This document shows, piece by piece, positions 45,672-54,200 of a DNA stretch of 64,000 nt (the stretch's first letter is position 1; every line of letters starts with the position of its first letter). The DNA comes from Bacteroidota bacterium (GTDB lineage Bacteria > Bacteroidota > Bacteroidia > NS11-12g > UBA955), in the NCBI GenBank assembly GCA_016787485.1, contig JAEUUL010000005.1, positions 5,588 through 69,587 of the forward strand, written 5' to 3'. The position numbers and the translations under genes are program-made. The notes below the pieces were generated by a model that was not told the origin of the DNA, made no database searches, and saw only the letters and a program-made list of their open reading frames with translations.

Positions 45672-46139
45672 CTATTCATTCTTAATATTAAAGTCTCCTG
45701 TTATTGGAAACTGTTTTGTAATTCTGTCGAGTTGATTTACTAAGTCTTTTATTTCTGTCTGGTCGAACCCCATTGTAAAAGTAAGTTCGCTTGCATTAAC
45801 TCCTGGATGGTCACACGCTTTTACATCAACTTCAAAATGTCCGATTCCGTCACCTGTAATTTTTAGTTCAAGATAACCTTCTAAATCATTGAAGTTTGCT
45901 GTGCCTTTCAAATTGTCATAGAGCCGAGAAAGTTCCTGTTTGAATTTCTCAAAGTCTACAGTCATAAAGTCACCCGAATATTGTCCTGAAAACTTTCCGC
46001 CTTTAACTGTCACGTTTGTCTTTACCCAATTCCTGTCCCAGTCGAGGTCTGAGTCATATTTAATTAACTCCAAAGGCTCAAGTCGAACGATGTCACCAGC
46101 ATCAAATATTTCAAAATATATTTCTTGTCTTTCTTTCAT
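45672..46139 (-). CDS. hypothetical protein, possibly an immunity-protein-like fold (WapI-like)
   Basis: 155-aa acidic ORF. The DWDRNWVKTNVTVKGGKFSG...DFEKFKQELSRLY pattern reminds me of WapI-type immunity proteins. This rests on memory only. Confidence 0.35.
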   Translation of the reverse strand: MKERQEIYFEIFDAGDIVRLEPLELIKYDSDLDWDRNWVKTNVTVKGGKFSGQYSGDFMTVDFEKFKQELSRLYDNLKGTANFNDLEGYLELKITGDGIGHFEVDVKACDHPGVNASELTFTMGFDQTEIKDLVNQLDRITKQFPITGDFNIKNE

Positions 46140-46159
46140 TGTTGTGTCGTCCTAAGGTT

Positions 46160-46297
46160 GCCCATAACGTTTTTGCGCTTGGCGTTCGTGCGGGATTTCG
46201 GAGCACCAAACTGTCAACCCAGCACTAAAGTTGATTTGAAAAACTGAACTTGAATTTAACCATTTCACCCCGCATGACGCCAAACGCATGTTACCTG
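46160..46297. repeat. attC-like imperfect palindrome no. 3
   Basis: The left arm is GCCCATAACGTTTTTGCGCTTGGCGTTCGTGCGGG. The right arm is CCCCGCATGACGCCAAACGCATGTTACCTGC. It shares central segments with no. 1 (AACTGAACTTGAATTTA) and no. 2 (TTGATTTGAAAAACT). Confidence 0.55.
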
Positions 46298-46315
46298 CTG
46301 TGTTTCGTTCTGTCG

Positions 46316-47077
46316 TCATAAGTTGTAGCGAATTACTTGTGCCGCACCTTTTTGTTTTAAATGAGCAACCGATTTGTTAATATATAGATTTCTAATTTCG
46401 TCTGGTGCAACATTACCGTCAAAGCCGTAACCTGTGACATCTACTTGGATTTTGATTTTCTTTTCCTTGTCAATGGTCTTGTTTTTAGGTCTTTGTTTTG
46501 GATACCACTTTTGAACTTCAAAAACTTCAACGATTAGTCCCCGAAATTCGCTCAATACATATTTAATTTGAGGAAGTCGCCATTCGCTTATCAACCAAGT
46601 TTCTTTTGTCGCTTGATAGATTGGGTCTGTTCCGTTACCACGTTTATATGTTCTGTTTATGTTAATCAATACGCAGTCTGAACCCATTTCGCTTAGTGGT
46701 TGTGCATTGTAAAGTCTTACGATTTCTTCAGAAGTCATAAGTCCTTTTTCGATTGAGTTATGTCCACCGACAATATTTGAAAGTAAAAGTCCGCAATATG
46801 TCAAGGTATCAATTAATGAGGCTTCAATTTGAAATGCTTCACTTTCTGAAAGTCCGTGTCTGACTATGATATGTTTTACTGTCTGACCACTTTGAACAAT
46901 CTCTCTTATTTTGTCGTATTTGGCATTTGAAGTATCTGTGTCTGTTAATGCACAAGCTAAATGATTAAATACTCTGTTGTCAATACCCTTACCAACATAG
47001 AAAGGTTTGTTGTCAGTCGGGTCAAGCAACATATAAACGTAATATTTCAGTGCTTGTCGTGATTTTTCGTCAAACAT
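46316..47077 (-). CDS. GIY-YIG nuclease-domain protein with an uncharacterised C-terminal domain
   Basis: 253-aa ORF. The N-terminus YYVYMLLDPTDNKPFYVGKGIDNRVFNH matches the GIY...YIG...R...H pattern. I do not recognise the C-terminal ~120 aa. Confidence 0.6.
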   Translation of the reverse strand: MFDEKSRQALKYYVYMLLDPTDNKPFYVGKGIDNRVFNHLACALTDTDTSNAKYDKIREIVQSGQTVKHIIVRHGLSESEAFQIEASLIDTLTYCGLLLSNIVGGHNSIEKGLMTSEEIVRLYNAQPLSEMGSDCVLININRTYKRGNGTDPIYQATKETWLISEWRLPQIKYVLSEFRGLIVEVFEVQKWYPKQRPKNKTIDKEKKIKIQVDVTGYGFDGNVAPDEIRNLYINKSVAHLKQKGAAQVIRYNL

Positions 47078-47081
47078 TGGG

Positions 47082-47276
47082 CTAACTTATTTTCTCAACT
47101 TTAAAATTACCTGCACTTTTATAGGATTGTGCTTGTTTGTTAAATCCCAATCTTGCAATTTCTTTTTCAATGTCTTGTGCATTTGGTGTCGGTGTTGTTG
47201 CAGAAGCAACTTGGAACGTGTAACCCTTCGGCATATCTCCGAATTGTCTTGGTGCTGTTAGTCTGTAAAGTGCCAT
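47082..47276 (-). CDS. small hypothetical protein (DUF6140-like?)
   Basis: The ORF trimmed to MALYRLTAPRQFGDMPKGYTFQVASATTPTPNAQDIEKEIARLGFNKQAQSYKSAGNFKVEKIS is 64 aa. It ends 4 nt upstream of the GIY-YIG gene start. Confidence 0.35.
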   Translation of the reverse strand: MALYRLTAPRQFGDMPKGYTFQVASATTPTPNAQDIEKEIARLGFNKQAQSYKSAGNFKVEKIS

Positions 47277-47403
47277 ACTTTTTTGTTTTTTAATTGTTCG
47301 CTTACTCTGGTCGGTTTTCAGCTTACCCGTTTTCTGCAAATTTCGTTTGTCAGTCCGTCAAACTGTGTCGTTGTGGACGGTCGTCTTAACATAGCAGGTA
47401 ACA

Positions 47404-47637
47404 TCATATATACGCTGTGTGCGCCATAGCCTCATCTTCTGTAATTCTATCGTGGCTAGGGTTAGCAGAGTATAACAGAAGCGGGGATTGGCGAAGGTTG
47501 TTAAAATACTTGTCAAACGAAAGGGTCTGTGGCTTTGCGAAGTTTGTCATGTTTATTATCAAATTGTACCTGTTTTCAGGAGAGTAATTGTATAGTGTAA
47601 ACGCCTCTTTCATTTTAACGGTCTTGATATTGTTCAA
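47404..47637 (-). CDS. hypothetical small protein
   Basis: 77-aa AT-rich ORF co-oriented with the island genes. I have no family assignment. Confidence 0.25.
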   Translation of the reverse strand: MNNIKTVKMKEAFTLYNYSPENRYNLIINMTNFAKPQTLSFDKYFNNLRQSPLLLYSANPSHDRITEDEAMAHTAYI

Positions 47638-47745
47638 ATATCACTTTTTCATAAATTGAAAATCCTTATTTCTGTATATATTTTACAAAAAGGTTGTTTG
47701 AGTTTTTAAATGCCTGTTTTGACTTTATAACGTCATCCCATCTTT

Positions 47746-49032
47746 TTACCCCCCGCAAATCCCCTTCAATGCACTCACCAATGCATCCAGATCCTGCAGG
47801 GATGTGCTCAGGTGAGGGGTGATGCGCACACCGTTTACCACACGATGCTCAATGGCAACGGTAAAAATCTGGAATTCATTCATCAGTTTTTCCGCCAGGT
47901 CTGATGGGGCGTAACCATCCACACGCACATTTGCTATGGCACAATTCCGCGCATTATCCGTGTGCGGATTCAGCAAACTGAGTCCGGGGAATTTTTCTAC
48001 CCGTGTGGTCCAGTATTGCATGAGATAACGAAGCCGGTTTTGTTTCAGGGTGCCGCCAATCTGATGGTGAAAGCGAATGGCTTCACCCAGTGCAATCAGG
48101 CTGTGTATGGGTTTGGTACCCTGGTGTTCAAAATGGCGGATGTTGGTTTCGGGATGGTCAAGGTCCGCCATCAGGGGCCAGAATTTGGGAATATGCGCCT
48201 GTTTCATTTGCAGAAAACCCAGGCCCAGTGGCGCGCACATCCATTTGTGCAGACTGCCGGCCACAATATCTGCTTTCAGGTCGGGCAGTTTAAATTCCAG
48301 TTGGGCCACACTGTGGGCTGCATCCACCACCACCAGCACATTGCGGGTGCGGCATGCATCGGCAATGGCAGACACGGGAATCACCTGTCCGGTCAGGTTT
48401 ATCACATGGGTGAGGTGTACCATACGGGTTTTTTTCCCCAGGTGCCGGGTGTAGGCCTCTATCACTTCAGCATCTGATTTGGGGTGCAGCGGTACCTGCG
48501 CTGTCTTGATCTTTATCCCATACCGTGCCGATGCCTGCTGAAAAGCCTGCACCATGCTTCCGTAGTCCTGATTGCCGATGATGACTTCATCGCCCTTTTT
48601 CCAGCGGTATCCGCCAATCACGATATTCAGACTTTCGGTGGTGTTGCGGGTCAGAGCCAGTTCTTCCGGACCCACACCCAGAAAACCCGAAAGGGCATGG
48701 CGTGCATTTTCCACGGCTGTATAATGTTCGCGGCGCATAAAATAGCTGTTCCGCTTGTTGATGTCCTGCTCCAGCTCCTGGTGTTTTTGCAGGGTGCTGA
48801 CGGGCTGGTGGCTGAAATATCCGTTTTCCAGGTTGATGTAGCCTTCGGGCCGCGGAAAATAGTTGCGCACGAGTTCCCAGTAGGTTTCATCCTTTACAGG
48901 GTCGGGCCCATGGGGGTAAAGGCTCAGATCGGACAATGCGGTAGCAGGCATGGATGGGGTTATGCTGCCGCCAAGGGCAGTTCCGGATAAGGCCATGGCA
49001 CTGGTTTGCAGGAATGATTTGCGTGAAAACAC
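47746..49032 (-). CDS. aminotransferase class V-fold PLP-dependent enzyme with a Tat-like signal
   Basis: 428-aa ORF with a GTG start. It has an SRKSFLQTSAMALSG leader and the PLP lysine context GSLHKWMCAPLGLGFL. It is similar to isopenicillin-N-epimerase or cysteine-desulfurase-like proteins. Confidence 0.7.
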   Translation of the reverse strand: MFSRKSFLQTSAMALSGTALGGSITPSMPATALSDLSLYPHGPDPVKDETYWELVRNYFPRPEGYINLENGYFSHQPVSTLQKHQELEQDINKRNSYFMRREHYTAVENARHALSGFLGVGPEELALTRNTTESLNIVIGGYRWKKGDEVIIGNQDYGSMVQAFQQASARYGIKIKTAQVPLHPKSDAEVIEAYTRHLGKKTRMVHLTHVINLTGQVIPVSAIADACRTRNVLVVVDAAHSVAQLEFKLPDLKADIVAGSLHKWMCAPLGLGFLQMKQAHIPKFWPLMADLDHPETNIRHFEHQGTKPIHSLIALGEAIRFHHQIGGTLKQNRLRYLMQYWTTRVEKFPGLSLLNPHTDNARNCAIANVRVDGYAPSDLAEKLMNEFQIFTVAIEHRVVNGVRITPHLSTSLQDLDALVSALKGICGG

Positions 49033-49075
49033 AAGGCAAGATACTATTTTGTTTTTGGTTGGGAGAAATTAAAAT

Positions 49076-49151
49076 GGAGGAATGGTGGAATGAAAGGAAT
49101 GGAAGAATGAAAAAATGAAAGAATGAAAGAATGAAGGAATGAAGGAATGGG
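49076..49151. repeat. degenerate ~8-bp tandem repeat (GAATGRAR)n
   Basis: The sequence is GGAGGAATGGTGGAATGAAAGGAATGGAAGAATGAAAAAATGAAAGAATGAAAGAATGAAGGAATGAAGGAATGGG. It lies upstream of the aminotransferase gene. Confidence 0.8.
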
Positions 49152-49256
49152 TTACGGCAGAGCCGCAAGTTGTGTTGGGGTTGTTCCTGACAACCCGTAA
49201 AAAAAGCAAATGGCGATAGCGGGGCTTGCCCAACAGCTGTACTTTGTCAGTACATA

Positions 49257-50963
49257 TTAAGCGGGTTTTATATCCCGCAATCTCAGTTGAAGGCTGGTTC
49301 TTCCGTTGTAGGTGTTTTCCTCTATGCTGTAGCAGGCATGAAAAATGCTGTGGTTGCTCACATGCATAAGGTGGTGGCTGAGGCCGAAACCGATGCCGTC
49401 CAGCGGGGTTGAATTCTGCGAGATCTGCAGTTTCAGGTGTTTGTCTTTAAGCACCCGTGCCGTGCCATGGCTGTTCAGGTTGTTGGTGCGGAAAATGGGC
49501 AGCATGTTGCCGGGGCCGAAAGGTGCCATCTGGTCAATCAGCTTCAGCATTTTGGGGTTGATGTCTTCCAGCCGGATTTCCAGATCGTATTCAATTTCAG
49601 GCACGAGGCTGTGCTGACTAATGTTGGCCCGCACCACCTGTTCGAATTTTTCGGCAAAGGCTTCAAAATTCTCTTCTTTGATGCTGAGTCCCGCTGCGTA
49701 TTTGTGTCCGCCGAACTGCTCCACGAGATCGCCGCAGGCACCGATGGCTTCGTGTATATCAAAATCTTTTACACTCCGCGCCGAACCTGTGAGGTAACCG
49801 TCATTCAGGGAAAATACGATGGTGGGTTTGTAGAATTGTTCCACCAGACGGCTGGCTACAATGCCGATTACGCCTTTGCTCCAGTCTTTTCCCTGCAAAA
49901 CGGTGCTCAGCTTGCGGCTTTGAACCTCATTGTTTTCTATGAGGGAAACGGCTTCCCGTGTGATGTCATTGTCCAGTTCTTTCCGTTCGGTGTTGCGTTC
50001 CTGCAAAACCTTGGCAAGCTGGCGTGCGGTATGGAAATCCTTTTCAATCAGCACCTTTACGGCAGCTTTGGCATCTCCGATGCGGCCCGCTGCATTGATT
50101 CGGGGGCCGATACCGAAGACAATATCCATGATGGAATAATTGCTTTTCTGGGTGTACCCTTCCAGCAGCGCATCCAGGCCCACTGCAGGGCGATCGTTGA
50201 GTTTTTTCAGTCCGTAGTAGGCGAGGGTGCGGTTTTCGCCGCGGATATCCACCAGGTCGCTGGCGATGCTCACGGCAACCAGATCCAGGTATTCCTGTAT
50301 GCCTTCGTAGGGCAATCCGTTTTTTTCAGTATAGGCCTGTACCAGTTTAAAACCGATACCTGCGCCTGAAAGTTCTTTGTAGGGGTATTCGCAGCCGTTT
50401 TGTTTGGGGTTCAGCAAGGCGACGGCATTGGGGATGGTTTCACCCGGTAAATGGTGGTCACAGATGATAAAGTCTATACCCAGACTGCTTGCGTAATCCA
50501 CCAGCGCATTGCTGCGTGTGCCGCAGTCCAGCGCTATGATGAGTTTCACCCCGTTTTCTGCGGCATAATCTATACCGGTTTTGGATACGCCGTACCCTTC
50601 CTTATAGCGGTCGGGTATGTAGTATTCTATATTCTGGTTGAAATTGCGGAAGAAGGAGTAGACGATGCTCACACTGGTGGTTCCATCCACGTCGTAGTCG
50701 CCATAAATGAGCATTTTTTCACGGTCGTCTATGGCTTGTTGGATGCGGGCAATGGCTTTGTCCATCCCCAGTATGAGGAAAGGGTCGTGCAGGTCTTCGA
50801 ATTTCGGGCGGAAGAATTTTTCGGCTTGTTCGTAGGTTTCAATGCCGCGCTGCACCAGAATGGTAGCGATGGTTTGACTCACATGAATTTCGTCTGCGAG
50901 GCGCTTTACCTTTTCTTCGGGGGGAATCGGCTTGGCGGTCCATCTGAAATCCATAGGCTGCAA
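49257..50963 (-). CDS. recJ: single-stranded-DNA-specific exonuclease RecJ
   Basis: 568-aa ORF with DHH motifs (IYGDYDVDGTTS, DFIICDHH) and DHHA1 (GGHKYAAG). Confidence 0.92.
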   Translation of the reverse strand: MQPMDFRWTAKPIPPEEKVKRLADEIHVSQTIATILVQRGIETYEQAEKFFRPKFEDLHDPFLILGMDKAIARIQQAIDDREKMLIYGDYDVDGTTSVSIVYSFFRNFNQNIEYYIPDRYKEGYGVSKTGIDYAAENGVKLIIALDCGTRSNALVDYASSLGIDFIICDHHLPGETIPNAVALLNPKQNGCEYPYKELSGAGIGFKLVQAYTEKNGLPYEGIQEYLDLVAVSIASDLVDIRGENRTLAYYGLKKLNDRPAVGLDALLEGYTQKSNYSIMDIVFGIGPRINAAGRIGDAKAAVKVLIEKDFHTARQLAKVLQERNTERKELDNDITREAVSLIENNEVQSRKLSTVLQGKDWSKGVIGIVASRLVEQFYKPTIVFSLNDGYLTGSARSVKDFDIHEAIGACGDLVEQFGGHKYAAGLSIKEENFEAFAEKFEQVVRANISQHSLVPEIEYDLEIRLEDINPKMLKLIDQMAPFGPGNMLPIFRTNNLNSHGTARVLKDKHLKLQISQNSTPLDGIGFGLSHHLMHVSNHSIFHACYSIEENTYNGRTSLQLRLRDIKPA

Positions 50964-51275
50964 AAATCGGAAATTTCAGGGGTAGGAAAAAATCAAATTC
51001 ACGGTTGTCAGCAAATTGGGGTTGGATTTCGGCATATTTGTATGGTTTACAGCCAACCGACAGTGATTATGGAAAGGTACCTCCAATCTGCATTCCGGGT
51101 TTGGCGACAGGCAGGGATTGTCACGCAAGTTTGCTTTCACACCGCTGCGGCGCGGTGTGCAAATTGCCCGCCAATCCCAGGTATAGCTTGTAGCGTCGCT
51201 GCCGTCACAGCTGCATGAACATCACCCCTTCGGGGCTGGCGGTCAATGGCACAACAGGGTTCAGCCTTTACCCGA

Positions 51276-54200
51276 TTACCGGAGGATACACCAGTTGCCT
51301 GCAGGGGTATAACCTGCACGGTCAGGATAAAACTGCAGGGCAGCACGTGAGGGTGCAGTGTGAAAACTGCCCTGAAACTTTGTTACCAGAGGAATGGTAA
51401 AACTATGGTTACCGAAGGGCAAGTGTTCAAAAAAGATGAGCACACGGTCATTGAGGTATTCCCTGTGGCTTTCATAGGGCGATTCAAAACGGATTTTCTG
51501 TCCGTAAACTGTGCCTGCAGGTATGGGGATTTCTGCAACCGCGTTGTAGTGGTCTCTTGCAGCAAACACTTTCACCTTCAGGTTCAGGGCTGTTGCCGTT
51601 TTCAGGTAGGCTGTGTTGTGTTCCGGAGTCTCTGTGGTTATTTTAAACTGATTGGGGTCGGATACCGGAGCATAGGTGCGGAAACTGCGGTTCCAGGCCA
51701 CATAAACCGGGGCACCGCGGTGTTCCAGTTTCAGTGTTTCACCGGGCTTCAGCCTGAAAATGGCAGGCATGTTTGCATTCTGAAAAGTTTTGCCGTTGGC
51801 AACCAGGGTGCAGTTCAGGCCTTTAGAGATGCCAGAGTCCCGGCGGGCTTCGGCCATCATGGCTTCTACACCATAAATCCATGCATTGGCAGGAGAAGTA
51901 CATTCTGTAATGAGATAATCCACCAAAGCCTTGCGCTTCACAGTGTGAGCACCGGCCATATACATCAACTGCCATGCGCGGAAGGTATTGGCGGCATCAT
52001 CCGTTACAGGGGCACAGCGCCAGTTCCATGTACCCTGCACATACAGGTTTCCGTTTGCCGAGGGGATGAGCAGGCGGTCTGTTGCGTCGACCGGGACTTT
52101 GCGACCCAGTCTGGCAGTGAGCAACTGATACTCCAGCCATTCGGTCTGATCCATTTTTTCCGGAACCATGGTTTTAATCAGACTGTCATAGTCCGCCTTA
52201 CGTTCCATCTGATGCAGACACAGCAGGTATTCGAGCCGGGTACTGCCCCATGTGGCGGTAATGTTTTTTTGCATGTAACGGGCTGCATTGAGCCAGCTGT
52301 TGTTGTCAAATCCCTGCAACTGGGCTCGGTACATGGCTATGGCTGCGGTTGTGGTTACGGTATAGTCTCCGCTGCCCTTTCCCCACCAGCTCCAGGTTCC
52401 GTCATTGCCCTGTGCTTTTTTCAGGCGTGACATGGTTTCCCTGATTTGGCGGTCTTGCGTAAAGGGCATATTGAGCCATTCACAAAGCCGTTTTTTCAGC
52501 AACAAAACCTGGAGGAATTGCGCGGCACTTCGGTTGTCCCAGGCAGGCAGGGATTCCGCTTTTTTCAGCATTTCCAGTACCATGGCCAGATTTTGGTTAT
52601 ACACGGCGATTTCCATACCCAGATCCCCGGCCTGCGGTGCAAGTGTAATGGTGGAGTCTGAAGTCCACTCAAAGAAACGGCTCTGCCCTGAAAGTATAGT
52701 AGCAGCGCGTACATCCAGGCTGCGCATTTCGGCATCGCGGTAGCCATTCGGCATTTCAAAGGCTGTTTCCAGGCTCAGCGTATCGCCGGGGATTTTACCG
52801 GACAACCACAGGCTGTCGGTATGGTAATTGCCCAGATGCAATTCCTGTGCTTTTTTGCCTCCGAAACGCAGCGCACCCGGCAATGTAAGTCCGGTGTAGT
52901 TAAAGGTGCGGCTGAAACAGAGCACAGAATCACCCTCGTTCAGGAAGGCAGGCATAGCCAGTGTGGAGGTAACCGGTTTATACGAACGAATGGTCATATC
53001 ACCCAGCCCGCTGTGCCGCTTACCGTCCATGGCAGGCACAAACATGCGCCATGAAGTGATATTGTCCGGATATTTTACAGTAAAGCCGGCTCTTCCATCG
53101 CGGTTGGTGTAGAAGTTGGGTTTCCAGAAGGCATAATCTCTGAAATCTTTCCTGGTTTTGCGGGCTTCCGGGTTCGCAGCCAACTCATCGAGCCGGTCCG
53201 CCTCTTTTTCCTGTTCTTCTTCGTCCCATGCCTTAAATTCAGGTTTGCGGGCGTATGCAACCTCAGCTTTGTTTTTTACCCGGATACCATCAATAGTTGC
53301 AGCATTTCCATCGGCCCGGGACCCGCGTATACTGATTCCGGCCGCTTTTTTCATCACACTTACATTTGATTGACTCAGAGCCATGCTGCTTCTGCTGTAT
53401 TTCTCCGACACCTGTGGCGCATAAGAAGGGGATACGCGATCCGCCTCCACTGCCATTCCATCTGCAGTGCCTTCGGCCACATCATACGCTACTTTTACAT
53501 TGTACTCGCTGTGGGGTTTCATGCTCACGTGAATCAGATGTTGGATACCGGGTTTTATTTCAAGTGCATAATGAATCCAATAGTGGTATTCGTCAGCCTT
53601 GATTTTCAGCATGTACAGCCCGGGTTGCAGATTCTCCATCACAAAACGGCCTTCACTGTTTGTAAAGGCTCCACGCACAAAAGTTCCCTGTTTTTCAAGT
53701 ACCACAAACGCATTGTCTACTGTATAGGTAATTGCGGGTCCGGTTACTGTACCTTCTATATTGCTTTTGCCGTCTTTGCTTTTTACCGGCAGAATAAACA
53801 AACCATTGTTCACCGTGGGTGTGTCTTTCCAGTTTCTCAGGGGTTCTTTGGACAGATTCTTGGCCAGCCGGTCAAACAATAGGTGTTCCCTGCGGGTGAG
53901 GCGGCGGAATTCTTTGGGTTGAATTTTCAGAAACGTATTGGCAGAACTGTCTGTAATCAGGGGTTTTACCAGCCACAGTGAATCGTCGATCTGCATCACC
54001 AGGGTATATGCGCAGCGGCCTTTGGTGCGGGTATACAGGTGCAGGTTTCTGCGGCTGCTCAGTCCCACATCCCGGTGATTGTATTGAAAACTATATCCGT
54101 TTTCAAGCAGGGAGAGAACCGAGTCTGTATTGTGAAACAACCAGATGCGGGTCGGATTATATTCATATTGGATGTATAAATTCAGATTGTGATTCAGTGT

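Noticed and set aside
45485-45679. The 64-aa ORF in the gap between the glycosyltransferase gene and the 155-aa ORF.
   Set aside because: It coincides almost exactly with attC-like palindrome no. 2. The open frame is most simply a by-product of the repeat and has no coding features.
47340-47403. A fourth attC-like site between the DUF6140-like ORF and the 77-aa ORF (GTTTGTCAGTCCGTCAAAC...CTTAACATAGCAGGTAAC).
   Set aside because: The core-like motifs are in the wrong order, with the GTT-type before the AAC-type on both strands. It also lacks the 16-nt paired arms shared by the other three sites. It is probably just a small hairpin.
49076-49151. The tandem repeat tract as a CRISPR array.
   Set aside because: The units are about 8 bp, contiguous and degenerate. 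There is no 25-40-bp repeat/spacer periodicity and no cas genes in the window.
51138-51240. Hairpins downstream of the A2M-like gene (CACACCGCtgcggcGCGGTGTG and CCCCTTCGGGG) as terminators or a small RNA.
   Set aside because: No T-run follows them on the relevant strand, and I have no supporting conservation evidence. This is too speculative to list as a feature.
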